A stretch of DNA of 45,164 nucleotides, taken from an uncultured Halobacteriales archaeon. GTDB lineage: Archaea > Thermoplasmatota > E2 > JACPAO01 > JAHWKR01. A program made the translations under genes and the position numbers. Position 1 is the first letter of the stretch. Each line of letters opens with the position of its first letter. Location of the stretch: contig CAYVRY010000002.1 in assembly GCA_964452895.1 (NCBI GenBank), positions 18,155 to 63,318 on the forward strand, written 5' to 3'. Below the pieces are notes generated by a model that ran no database searches, was not told the origin of the DNA, and worked only from the letters and a program-made list of their open reading frames with translations. Positions 35,570 through 45,025 of this stretch are shown here, piece after piece.

Positions 35570-36430
35570 GTGGAGTCGAAACGGATTGCCGTGATCGGGG
35601 CCGGAAACATGGGGTCTGCCCTGGTGGAAGGGTTCCTGGCGGCGAAATGGGGCCGTGCGGCGAACGTGACCGTGACGAATCCGCACCGGCGCCGGCTGGA
35701 TGAGCTGAAGAAGCGGTTCGGGGTGAAGGGGACAAAGATGAACCGGAAGGCGGTGGCGGGGGCCCACATCGTGATCCTGGCGGTCAAGCCGCAGATCCTC
35801 GACACGGTGTTGGAGGAGTTGGGGCCGATCCTCACGGCGGATCATCTGGTGGTCTCCATCGCGGCGGGCGTCACCACGGGCCACATCGAGGCGTTTCTGG
35901 AACCCGGTGTGCCGGTGGTGCGCAGCATGCCCAACGTCTGCGCGACGGTCCAGGAGGGCGCCACGGCGGTCTGTCCGGGGGCCCATGCGGGCCGTGAGCA
36001 CATGGACACGGCGCGCGCTCTTTTCGAGGCGGTGGGGTTGGCCGTGGAGGTCCCGGAGCATCTGATGGACAGCGTGACGGGGCTTTCCGGGACCGGGCCC
36101 ATGTATGTGTTCCAGATCATCGAGGGCCTCTCCGATGCGGGTGTGAAAGTGGGTCTTTCACGCGCCGTCTCTTCCGCCTTGGCGGTGCAGACGGTGCTGG
36201 GGGCGGCGCAATTGGCGAAGACGAGCCGGATGCATCCGGCGGCGCTCAAGGACCTGGTGACGTCCCCGGGGGGGACGGGGATCACGGCGCTTCACAGCCT
36301 GGAGCGCAACCGGCTGCGGGCGATCTTGATGGATGCGGTGGAGGCGGCGGCGGATCGTTCCAGGGCGTTGGGGGAGATGCAGGTCGAGCCGCGGCCGAAG
36401 AAGCTGGATGAACGGGAACGGGTCCCTTGA
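35570..36430 (+). CDS. proC: Pyrroline-5-carboxylate reductase
   Basis: IGAGNMG, LAVKP, SIAAG, RSMPN, LSGTGP, VTSPGGT. Confidence 0.95.
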   Translation: MESKRIAVIGAGNMGSALVEGFLAAKWGRAANVTVTNPHRRRLDELKKRFGVKGTKMNRKAVAGAHIVILAVKPQILDTVLEELGPILTADHLVVSIAAGVTTGHIEAFLEPGVPVVRSMPNVCATVQEGATAVCPGAHAGREHMDTARALFEAVGLAVEVPEHLMDSVTGLSGTGPMYVFQIIEGLSDAGVKVGLSRAVSSALAVQTVLGAAQLAKTSRMHPAALKDLVTSPGGTGITALHSLERNRLRAILMDAVEAAADRSRALGEMQVEPRPKKLDERERVP

Positions 36431-36485
36431 AGGGGTGGCGGGACCGAAAAGGATAGGACCGGTCTGGGGTTCGCGCCGGCTACGC

Positions 36486-36557
36486 GCCGTCGTAGCACAG
36501 GGGTAGTGCGGCAGTTTTGTAAACTGCAGGTCGGGGGTTCGAATCCCTCCGACGGCT
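36486..36557 (+). tRNA. tRNA-Thr (TGT)
   Basis: Acceptor GCCGTCG/CGACGGC, anticodon arm GCAGT-TTTGTAA-ACTGC, T arm GGGGG-TTCGAAT-CCCTC. Confidence 0.95.
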
Positions 36558-36714
36558 TGTTGCGTTCCATGGGGCTTGCCCTCGCATCGGATGGCACTGT
36601 CTGGGGGCGGGTGGGTCTGGATGCGTTCAGCAGCGCCGCCTTCTCGCCGGGGCCCGTTCTCGGGCGTTTGGACCGACGACGGGGCGGGCGCAGGCTGATT
36701 GAAGAAACGTCGGC

Positions 36715-36776
36715 TCACAAAAAAACGTCGGGTCGCAAAAGAGAAGGGGGTGGGGGCCTCGAAAGGCCCCGCACCC
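36715..36776 (-). terminator. UUCG hairpin + T-tract terminator
   Basis: Minus strand GGGTG-C-GGGGCCT-TTCG-AGGCCCC-CACCC followed by TTCTCTTTT and TTTTTTT. Confidence 0.65.
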
Positions 36777-36939
36777 GGGGTAGGATGGATCGGCACCACT
36801 GCCTCGCAACCAGCCACGCACATCATGGGGGGATCAGATGGGAAGAGGAACCCCCCGAGGTCCGGGTGGGAGCCGGTGCCTCGGGGGCCGATGGTGTTGG
36901 GAACCACCATCGGTGGTGGCCGTTTCGGGACCGTTGATC

Positions 36940-38028
36940 CTAGGGGAGAAGATGTTCGAGCGCTTCTTCGAGGTCGTCGAAGGCACCGGTCCCGAGACCG
37001 TCGGAGATCACGAGGAACCGCACCGATTCTTCCCCGATGTTCCCGTTCTTGTCGGTGGCGCGCACGGTGAATTCGTGGTAGCCGAAGTCCAGGACGGTGG
37101 TGTCGAGCGTCCAGTTCGTCTCATAGCCCGTCAGGGTGGTCCGGCTGCCGGGCACGTATTCGCCGTCCACGTAGAGCCGGGCGTTGTCGACTCCGGCTCC
37201 CGCGTCAAGGACGTCGGCGCCCAGGGTGAGCTCTCCGAGCACGATGGCCGGGCCGCCCGTAAAGAGGGTGGACATGGCCATGTCGTTGATGTAGAACGTG
37301 TTGTTCACGGGGCGGAAGATGTCCACCTCGGGCGGTGCGATGTCGAAGACCTGGTAGATGATCTCCTGCGCGTGGATGCTTGTGCCGGTCTGCGCAGCGA
37401 GTCCGAAGTGCCCTTTGGCGGTGCTGGGCAGTTCCGTGGTGAGCAACTTGGCTCCGTTGATCAGTACGTTCACGGTGGTCCCTTGCACCTGCAGGTTGTA
37501 TCGCAGGCGTTGGTCGACGCCGTCGTCTTTGCGTTGGTCCGGGATGTTCGGCACGCGGTCCCAGTCTGCGGCGGTGATGTCCTGCTCGTAGACCAGGGTC
37601 ATCGCGGAGTCTGTGACGTCGACCACGAAGAACCGGTCGCTTTCGAATCCGGCGATATAGAATCCGCCGTCGCTTTCCCCGAAGGAGAATCCGAACCAGC
37701 CGGGGCTGCCTCCTCCGTAGCTCGGGTCGCGTTCCAGGATCCCGGTGAGTTCATAGCCGGTGAAGCTGGTGTCCACGATTTCGGGGTCCACATGGACGCG
37801 GGCGAAGTCCAGGTCGCCCGAACCGTCGCCGTCCAGTTGCAGGTAACTCAGAAGCCGGCCGCCGGAGCCGTGGGTCTGGGTCACCGTGGCGTCGCCGGCC
37901 ACTTCGATCCAATCCGTGCTCTCGGCGTCCGTGAAGCGTTCGCGATACTCCGCTGATGCGTTCCCTGCCCCCGCCGAGGCGGCGAGGAGCACCAGGCATA
38001 CAATCCATCCTACCCATTTCCTGGTCAT
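36940..38028 (-). CDS. Secreted acidic protein with a beta-rich (possibly lectin/ConA-like) N-domain and a C-terminal Ig-like domain
   Basis: Signal peptide ending ASA; DIAPPEVDIFRP...GVDNARLYVDG...GYHEFTVRATDKNGN (bacterial Ig-like pattern); SD ggaggt. Confidence 0.8.
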   Translation of the reverse strand: MTRKWVGWIVCLVLLAASAGAGNASAEYRERFTDAESTDWIEVAGDATVTQTHGSGGRLLSYLQLDGDGSGDLDFARVHVDPEIVDTSFTGYELTGILERDPSYGGGSPGWFGFSFGESDGGFYIAGFESDRFFVVDVTDSAMTLVYEQDITAADWDRVPNIPDQRKDDGVDQRLRYNLQVQGTTVNVLINGAKLLTTELPSTAKGHFGLAAQTGTSIHAQEIIYQVFDIAPPEVDIFRPVNNTFYINDMAMSTLFTGGPAIVLGELTLGADVLDAGAGVDNARLYVDGEYVPGSRTTLTGYETNWTLDTTVLDFGYHEFTVRATDKNGNIGEESVRFLVISDGLGTGAFDDLEEALEHLLP

Positions 38029-38433
38029 GTTCAGACCTCCATCACCTGCCAAAGACCAGAACCCCGTAACACACGGTGTCTGGCCAATTTCGACAAGTGC
38101 AAACTGTAGAGGGACGGATGACCTTCTAAACTGTTTTGGTGCGCTTAATAAGGGCGTCCAGCAACCTCCGCGATTTTGGCAAGTCTACGGTAGTCAATGG
38201 GGTGGTCTGTGTACATTGGAGGGCCGCACAGGGTCCCGCAGGTGCAGGAAATTCACTTTTTCGCACCTCAACGGCCCGCAGTGCACTTTTGCCTGTGGTC
38301 CGGATTGCTCGCACCCAAGTGCACCCCGGGGTGAGGGGGCCCTCCAGGAGCCATGCTCGGGGACCGTCCAGTCCGTGTTCCCGCATGGGCCTCGGCGCCA
38401 AGGATGAAGTGCAGGCGCCGGGCTCGTTCCTTC

Positions 38434-38793
38434 GTGTCTCCGGAAACCGGTTCCTATTCCCCCCCGGCGAGCCCGGTCCAGGTGGACCCCGAAGATGCCC
38501 GCGCGATGCTCGAGAAAGGGGCTCTCCTGGTCGATGTGCGTGAACCCTGGGAGCTGGAGCAGTTGCGTGTCCCCGGGGCGGTCCACATCCCCCTGATGGA
38601 GCTCCCCACCCGGCTGCAGGAGCTTCCCACGGATCGGACGCTGGTCTGCTTGTGCAAGAGCGGGGCGCGCAGTGACCATGCCGCCCGGATGCTCCTTGCC
38701 GCGGGGGCACCGGACGTCTTGAACCTCACCGGCGGGATCCTGGCCTGGCACCGTGCCGGTCTGCCCACCTCGAGCGGCCCGCTCGAAGGATGA
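38434..38793 (+). CDS. Single-domain rhodanese
   Basis: LVDVREPWE, VPGAVHIPL, active-site loop CKSGARS, LTGGILAW. Start estimated. Confidence 0.9.
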   Translation: MSPETGSYSPPASPVQVDPEDARAMLEKGALLVDVREPWELEQLRVPGAVHIPLMELPTRLQELPTDRTLVCLCKSGARSDHAARMLLAAGAPDVLNLTGGILAWHRAGLPTSSGPLEG

Positions 38794-38898
38794 GTCGGCA
38801 TCCGCAAAGGCCACGCTTCGGCCACATGTTTATCCGCCGGGCCGGTCTCGGGCGCTCGTGTCGTGCATCCCTTACGGGGCACGCCACGGGGCCGGAAC

Positions 38899-40041
38899 AT
38901 GCTGATCAAGCTCACCGAGGAACAAGAGCTCGTGCGCAGGATGGTGCAGGAGTTCATGGACCAGGAAGTCGCACCCGTTGCCGCCCAGATCGACCAGACG
39001 GGCACCTTCCCGGAGAAGACCGTGCGTCGCATGGGGGAGCTGGGGTTGATGGGCATCAACGTCCCCTCCGAATATGGGGGAGCGGGAGCGGACACGGTGA
39101 CCTTTGCATTGGTCGCGGAGGAACTGACGCGGGTCTGCGCCACGCACGCGGTGATCTACGGCGCGAACAATTCGCTCACCTGCGGTCCGCTCAACGCCTT
39201 CGGCACACCCGATCAAAAGGCGGAGTTCCTCCGACCCTTGGCCCAGGGCGAACACTATGGGGCTTATGCGCTTACGGAACCCGGGGCTGGAAGCGACGCG
39301 GCGGGGCTCAAGACGAAGGCCGACAAGGACGGCGACGAGTACGTCATAAGCGGCTCGAAGGTGTTCATCTCGAACGGGTCCGTGGCCGACACGATGATCG
39401 TGTTCGCGCGCACGGGTGGGCCCGGCCCGAAAGGCGTCAGTGCGTTCATCGTGCCCGCCAAATCCACCAAGGGGGTCAGCGCGGGGCCCAACGAGAAGAA
39501 ACTCGGCCTGCGCGGCTCGGCGACGAACCAGATGTTCTTCGAGGACGCCCGGGTGCCGCAGGAGAACATGCTGGGAAAGGAAGGCGAGGGCTTCCGGATC
39601 GCGATGGCCACCCTGGACACGGGGCGGATCATGGCGGCAAGCGGCTCCACGGGGATCATCCGGGCGTGCCGCGAAGAGAGTGTGGCCTATGCGAACGAAC
39701 GCAAGCAGTTCGGCAAGAAGATCGGGTCGTTCCAGGGGGTCCAGTGGAAGATCGCGGACATGCGCACCCACGAGGAGGCCGCCCGCATGCTCTACATGGA
39801 CGCCGCCTGGCGCAAGGACCAGGGTTTGCCGTTCACCAAGGAAGCCTCCATGGCGAAGCTCTTCGCCAGCGAGAAGGCGATGGACGCCACCATCGAGAAC
39901 ATCCAGGTGCACGGCGGGGCGGGCTACGTCTCGGACTACCCGGCCGAGCGGCACTTCCGCGACATCAAGGTGTTCGAGATCTTCGAGGGGACCAGTGAGA
40001 TCCAGCGCATGGTGATCGCGCGTCACCTGTTGCAGGCGTGA
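38899..40041 (+). CDS. Acyl-CoA dehydrogenase (short/branched-chain type)
   Basis: PSEYGG, YALTEPGAGSD, GSKVFISNG, KLGLRGS, RKQFG, QVHGGAGY, IFEGTSEIQR. Confidence 0.96.
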   Translation: MLIKLTEEQELVRRMVQEFMDQEVAPVAAQIDQTGTFPEKTVRRMGELGLMGINVPSEYGGAGADTVTFALVAEELTRVCATHAVIYGANNSLTCGPLNAFGTPDQKAEFLRPLAQGEHYGAYALTEPGAGSDAAGLKTKADKDGDEYVISGSKVFISNGSVADTMIVFARTGGPGPKGVSAFIVPAKSTKGVSAGPNEKKLGLRGSATNQMFFEDARVPQENMLGKEGEGFRIAMATLDTGRIMAASGSTGIIRACREESVAYANERKQFGKKIGSFQGVQWKIADMRTHEEAARMLYMDAAWRKDQGLPFTKEASMAKLFASEKAMDATIENIQVHGGAGYVSDYPAERHFRDIKVFEIFEGTSEIQRMVIARHLLQA

Positions 40042-40084
40042 TGGCCGTCCTCGTGCATGGCGGCCCGGGGGACGTGGCGGTGGC

Positions 40085-40420
40085 TCAACTGCGCACGATG
40101 GCGTCCCTTTGGCGCAGTCCGGGACTGGTGGGCTGGAATTCCACGGTGAGTCGACCGTCTTGGACGTGGTGGGCGAACAGGTGCTGGGCGATGTGTTCCG
40201 GCAGGTCGACATGGAACGTAAGGCGACACTTGCCGGGCCGGCTCGGGAGCTTATCCTCGTCTTCGTCGTCATCGACGTTGTATTCGATCCAGTCCATGAC
40301 GACCTGGGTCTCGATGATCGTGGGGTCGTCTTCACCCGTGGGTTCGTCGTCGTCCTCCTGAAGGATGTAGACGTCTTGATCCGGGTCGTGTTTCGGGTCC
40401 TGCTTTGCGGGTCTGGCCAT
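40085..40420 (-). CDS. Small acidic hypothetical protein
   Basis: 111-aa ORF with a ggag SD-like element upstream; fills the gap between flanking genes. Confidence 0.6.
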   Translation of the reverse strand: MARPAKQDPKHDPDQDVYILQEDDDEPTGEDDPTIIETQVVMDWIEYNVDDDEDEDKLPSRPGKCRLTFHVDLPEHIAQHLFAHHVQDGRLTVEFQPTSPGLRQRDAIVRS

Positions 40421-40749
40421 GGGGGGTCTCCTTGCCGGGGTGCTCGCCGGGGCAAGCCTGAATCCGTTGGACGTAGGAGGCTTTGAGGCTATTGTTACGA
40501 TGTTCTGGTGGCCACCACCTGGCTTTATCAGGCCGATTTGAAGGGGTCTGCTCCTTATGAAGCGACGTGGCTGGGCGCGCGCACCGGGCGCCAGGCGCGC
40601 CATCGTTTGCCAGGCGGGAAGGGGATGGGACCGGTCTCGTCGTGCCGATTGTGGACGGCCCGTCGAATAACGCCCGACAACTGGCCAAATAACGAATTGC
40701 TACGTAGATAGTCTCCTGGGACCATACACAAGGTTCATGAAGGTGACCT

Positions 40750-41184
40750 TTGTTCGACAAGTTGGTGCATTTCGTGAAAGTGGCAACCACCCTAATCATC
40801 GCAAGCCTGTTCGTGATCGCTCTCGTGACCCCCGTCTCGGCCTCCGAGCACGGGATCGAGGAGGAGGGCTCCATTCTGTTCGGGGTCCCTGTGGCCGTCC
40901 AGAACGCGGCGGATCCGTGCAACCCCGACTCGGAGTTGAACGGCCTCTTCAGTGCCTGGTATGACGTCTCGGAGCTCCAGGGAGAATCCTTCGAGATCCT
41001 TGTGTCCGAGAACCTCGACATCGACCCGCTCCTGTGGGATGCAGACTGTGAGTTCATCGACTACGGCGGGGCCCCGCTCGGCTTCCTGGGTGCCGACGAG
41101 TCCGGTACCATCAGCGAAGGATCCCACTTCCTGCTCGTGCAGGGCTACGTGGGCTCCGGCGACTACACGCTGACCGTCGGATAG
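40750..41184 (+). CDS. Small secreted acidic protein (beta-sandwich, possibly PPC-like)
   Basis: Signal peptide ending PVSA; two Cys; DIDPLLWD...FLLVQGYVG..DYTLTV; followed by a strong T-tract. Confidence 0.75.
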   Translation: MFDKLVHFVKVATTLIIASLFVIALVTPVSASEHGIEEEGSILFGVPVAVQNAADPCNPDSELNGLFSAWYDVSELQGESFEILVSENLDIDPLLWDADCEFIDYGGAPLGFLGADESGTISEGSHFLLVQGYVGSGDYTLTVG

Positions 41185-41198
41185 ACCCACGGCGATCC

Positions 41199-41260
41199 GT
41201 CTTTTTCCTTGCTTCTTCTCCTTTCCCTTTTGTTTATTTTGTCTATTTTGTCTTTTTTGG
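41199..41260 (+). terminator. Long oligo-T terminator
   Basis: About 60 bp of almost pure T/C directly after the stop codon. Confidence 0.7.
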
Positions 41261-41262
41261 AT

Positions 41263-42339
41263 TCACTGTGAGCGGCGCAGCACGTAGTAACTGCGGGTGA
41301 GGCTTTTGTGCACGCGCACGTCGAAGTGTTTTTCCTCGCTGAAACCCAACCCGGGTGCCGGTGCCAGCCAATCCGGGTCTGGGGTCCCGATCACCAACCG
41401 GTGCCCGGGCGGCAGCAGCCGGGCGGCGCTCGCCAGGGTCCAATGTGCCACCTCGACGGGTTCGGCCCCGCGGGTCGGGCTGGATTGGCCGTAGGGGAGG
41501 TCGGTCACCACGGCGTCCGGGTGGGCGCGGCCCGTGACCAACAGGAACCGTTGTGGGGCCTCGCGCACGTCGGCGAGGAACAGCGCGGCGGGTTCGATGC
41601 CATGGCGTTGCAGGTTCTCGCGCGTCCCCTGCACCATGCCCGGGTCGTTGTCGCTGCCGGCGACCTGAAGCCCGGCCAGGGCGCCTTCGAGCAGGATCCC
41701 GCCGGTGCCGGAAAGCGGGTCGTAGACCAGGCCGCCCGCGGGCACCCGGGCGAGATTCACCACGGCGCGCATGAGTGCCGGTTGTCCGGAGACCGGGCTG
41801 AAGTAGGGGCGGTTCTTGGGTGCGCGGTCCTGATAACCGGCCGCGTCGTGCTTCCACATCTGCAGGCCCACGACGACCCGGTCGCGCGCGATCCACGCCC
41901 GCACCCGGATCTCGGGGTCGTGCAGGTCGACCTGTGCGGTGGCGCCCAACGCCTGCCCGAGCACGCGCTGTGTCTCCACGCGGCCCATGCCGCTTTCCTG
42001 CAGGCCCGGCTCGGTGTACTCCGCGCGCACCACGAACCGCGGCGCGGCCCCTTCAGCATCCGAGGGGAGAGGGTGGTCGCGCCCGGTCTGCAAAAGCGCT
42101 TCCGGCTCCCGCCTTGCCTCGAACAGGAACCGGTCCACTTCGCGGGTCAACGCAAGACGCCGCAGGGCGGGCGGCAGCGCGTGCGCCAACCGGCCTGCTT
42201 CATGATTGCACGCACCGAGCCGCACCCGGCCGTAGCGTTTGGTTTCGACCCACGTGAGGGCGCTTGCAGCGAAGGTGGCCTCCACTTCCGCGTCGGGCAG
42301 GCTGGGATGGATGCCGGAACCATGCAGGATCAGCCGCAC
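41263..42339 (-). CDS. trm11: THUMP-domain tRNA (guanine-N2) methyltransferase, Trm11/TrmG10-like
   Basis: VDLHDP, RPYFSPVS..P.L.RA.VNL, YDPLSGTGGILLE, TDLPYG, VHKSLTR. Start estimated. Confidence 0.88.
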   Translation of the reverse strand: MRLILHGSGIHPSLPDAEVEATFAASALTWVETKRYGRVRLGACNHEAGRLAHALPPALRRLALTREVDRFLFEARREPEALLQTGRDHPLPSDAEGAAPRFVVRAEYTEPGLQESGMGRVETQRVLGQALGATAQVDLHDPEIRVRAWIARDRVVVGLQMWKHDAAGYQDRAPKNRPYFSPVSGQPALMRAVVNLARVPAGGLVYDPLSGTGGILLEGALAGLQVAGSDNDPGMVQGTRENLQRHGIEPAALFLADVREAPQRFLLVTGRAHPDAVVTDLPYGQSSPTRGAEPVEVAHWTLASAARLLPPGHRLVIGTPDPDWLAPAPGLGFSEEKHFDVRVHKSLTRSYYVLRRSQ

Positions 42340-42421
42340 ACCCGGGCCGAGGCCGGTGAGGGGAAAACGGTGTCGCCGAAACAAGAAAGGCTTAACCCAC
42401 GCGGGCCCAGGCAGCCCCGTT

Positions 42422-43690
42422 ATGAGCCTCCGCGGCCCGCTGCCCATGGCCCAGCCGCCTGTGGACCCGGCCCTTTGTGTGCGCTGCAAGGGAGGCCGGG
42501 CCCTTTGCGGCAAGCCGTGTTATCTGATGGCGGACATCCAACGGCGGATCCCGGCCGTGCAACTGCGCAAGGCGGAATGGGACGGTCCGTCGCCGCCGGC
42601 GCTTTTTGTCGGCCGGTACGGCTACCCGGACGTCCGGTTGGGCCCCTTGGTGGCGCCGGTGGACACGCCGGGCGATCAGTTGCAGATGCTCGGCGACACC
42701 CGCGCCTGGTTCGGCCGGGGGATCGAGGAGTTGGTGGCCGCCCGCTCGGGGCTCGTCAACGGCCACAAACGCGTGCACGTGCATGATGCGTCAAGGCGGG
42801 ACCCGGGGCGGGTGCTCCAGGTGACCCGGGAGCTCGCCATGGCGGACCGGGCTGCGGATACCCAGCTCGTTTTCAACAAGGCGCCGGGCCGGTCGTTGGC
42901 CCCGCGCCTCGGGGACGTGGTCCCGCCCATGGGGCCCGGCGTGGAGACCCGGCGGGCGAGTCTCAGCGAGAACCCGCACGTGCCGCGTGCGGTGGACCGC
43001 CTGGTGGGGGACACGGACGTCTTGGCGGCGGACTCCTTGGTCGAGCTGACGAAGAGCGGGGTGAACCAGGACCATGGCACCCGTTTGTTGTCCGCAGGGC
43101 TCCTGGGCACACAAAAGCGGCGCCGACTCGTGCCCACCCGCTGGGCGATCACGGCCACGGACGATACGTTGTCCAAGGCGCTTCTTGAACGCGTTCGCGA
43201 GCAGTCCGTGCTGGACGCCGTGCAGCTGCACGAGGGGGAGTACAACGGGAACCATTTCCTGGTGTTGTTTCTGCCGCGGCCTTGGGGTTTTGAGATGCAG
43301 GAGACCTGGGGTGCCGGGAGCGCGTGGGCGCCGAAGCAGGTCACGATGATGGACTGGGAGGAGCATGGGGGTCGTACGACCTATGCGGACCGGGTCACGG
43401 GGGCGTATTACGCGGCGCGGCTCGCCGTGGCTGAGCATTTGTCGAAGGTGAACCGTCAAGCCACCGCCTTGGTCGTGCGTCACGTCTCGGACCTTTATTG
43501 GGCGCCGTTGGGGGTCTGGTTGATCCGGGAGAGCATCCGGGACGCGCTCGCTCGTCGTCCGCTTGTGTTCGGCGACCTGCAGGCGGCCATGCGCCACATG
43601 GATCGACGCACGCGGGTGCCCCGGTGGCGCGACCACAGTCATTTCTTGGGCCGGGGATACCAGTCCACGCTCACCGAGTTCGTCGCGTGA
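42422..43690 (+). CDS. nreA: Nre family (DUF650/DUF651) PCNA-interacting DNA repair protein
   Basis: LCVRCKG...CGKPC, SPP..FVGRYGYP, RRLVPTRWAITATDD, GAYYAARL, APLGVW.IRE, C-terminal PIP QSTLTEF. Confidence 0.93.
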   Translation: MSLRGPLPMAQPPVDPALCVRCKGGRALCGKPCYLMADIQRRIPAVQLRKAEWDGPSPPALFVGRYGYPDVRLGPLVAPVDTPGDQLQMLGDTRAWFGRGIEELVAARSGLVNGHKRVHVHDASRRDPGRVLQVTRELAMADRAADTQLVFNKAPGRSLAPRLGDVVPPMGPGVETRRASLSENPHVPRAVDRLVGDTDVLAADSLVELTKSGVNQDHGTRLLSAGLLGTQKRRRLVPTRWAITATDDTLSKALLERVREQSVLDAVQLHEGEYNGNHFLVLFLPRPWGFEMQETWGAGSAWAPKQVTMMDWEEHGGRTTYADRVTGAYYAARLAVAEHLSKVNRQATALVVRHVSDLYWAPLGVWLIRESIRDALARRPLVFGDLQAAMRHMDRRTRVPRWRDHSHFLGRGYQSTLTEFVA

Positions 43691-43783
43691 ATGATCGTTG
43701 ATGGCTGTGGTGGAGGCGGGGCGGGCTGGCCGCATTTTGCCCCCCAACCGTTAAAAGGTCTCTCGGGGTCCGCCGCCACGCAG

Positions 43784-45025
43784 ATGCCGAACCCGGTGAC
43801 TCACATGGACCAGAAGACCGCGACAGAGGAAACGGAGATCCCGAAACCGACGAAACGGGCGGCGGATTTGGACAATTACAAGACCGGCTCCACGGGGCGG
43901 GTCGACTCCACGAAAGACCTGACCCGGAAGAAGATGGAAGATCTTCTGGATGATGTCCTGCCTGCCCTGCCGCAGGCGCAGACGTTCCAATGGGACGCGG
44001 ACATCAATGGGATCGTGGTCCGGTTGGTCACGAACTCCCGTCATCAGTTCGATTTCTGGGTGGAGAACTGGTTGCCGGCACCCACCAGCGTGAAGCCGCA
44101 CGGGTTCCTGTACAGTGTAAGCGGGGTCTCGTCCCATGAGCCCCATGCGTATTATTGTCCGGAGTTGGACACGGCGCTTTTTGTGAACACGGAGTATTAC
44201 GGTCAGTGCAAGTCCTGGGCGTTGGGGATCGCGGCCGCGGTCCTGGAACGCAAGTTCGAGACGCACAGCATCCATGGGGCCGCGGCGGAGGTCGCCGGCA
44301 AGGGGATCGTCCTGATCGCGCCCACGGGCACGGGCAAGACGACGCAGGTCAACCGGCTCATGCAGCACGAGAAGGGCAAGGTGATCGGGGACGACTGGGT
44401 CTACATCACGGTCCCGAAGGACCATCCGGAAGGCGAGAAGCTGACGGTGTACCAGCCGGAGCAGGCGCTCTACGTGAGAACGGAGAACGCAGAGTCGGAG
44501 CCCTGGTTGATCCCGATCTTCGACAACTGCCGGCTGGAGAACGTGGTCACCGATCGAAGCGGGTGCGAGTCGCCGTCGTGCGAGAAAGGGCACTGCATGT
44601 TCGAATTCGGTTACGATTACTGTTACTGGGGGTTCGGGAACGCGCGGGCCCTGTTGCCGCGCGAATGGATGAAGGGGGCCGAGAAGGTGGCGGACACGAC
44701 CCCCATCGACCTTTTTGTGCTGCTTCGACGCGACGACGAATCGCCGGCCTGCGTGGACTTGGAGCCGGATGAACTGGTGGACCTCCTGAAAAAAGGGCGT
44801 ACCATGATCCGTCCCGGTGCGGGCCCGCGCGAAAAATGGGGCACCTACGGTTCCGAGCCGTGGTACAACCCCTACCTGCTGGTCCCGGATGCGAAGAAGC
44901 AGGAGTACTTCTTCCGCGAGGAGGCCAAGCGCGCGCAGGCGATCGTGGTGAACACCGGGCTGGAGTCGGAGACCATCGAGCGGACCTTCCAGCGGATCGT
45001 GGAGCGTCTGGGCGTCGACGAGTAG
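43784..45025 (+). CDS. HPr kinase/PEP carboxykinase-like P-loop protein, uncharacterised archaeal family
   Basis: IHGAA, APTGTGKTT, IGDDW, YNPYL; ttaaaa about 30 bp upstream. Confidence 0.8.
   Translation: MPNPVTHMDQKTATEETEIPKPTKRAADLDNYKTGSTGRVDSTKDLTRKKMEDLLDDVLPALPQAQTFQWDADINGIVVRLVTNSRHQFDFWVENWLPAPTSVKPHGFLYSVSGVSSHEPHAYYCPELDTALFVNTEYYGQCKSWALGIAAAVLERKFETHSIHGAAAEVAGKGIVLIAPTGTGKTTQVNRLMQHEKGKVIGDDWVYITVPKDHPEGEKLTVYQPEQALYVRTENAESEPWLIPIFDNCRLENVVTDRSGCESPSCEKGHCMFEFGYDYCYWGFGNARALLPREWMKGAEKVADTTPIDLFVLLRRDDESPACVDLEPDELVDLLKKGRTMIRPGAGPREKWGTYGSEPWYNPYLLVPDAKKQEYFFREEAKRAQAIVVNTGLESETIERTFQRIVERLGVDE

Noticed and set aside
36780-36935. SRP RNA or RNase P RNA
   Set aside because: The conserved SRP helix-8 and RNase P P4 motifs were not found by eye.
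36486-41260. Integrated element at tRNA-Thr
   Set aside because: No integrase, no duplicated tRNA 3' end seen, and the downstream genes include ordinary metabolic enzymes.
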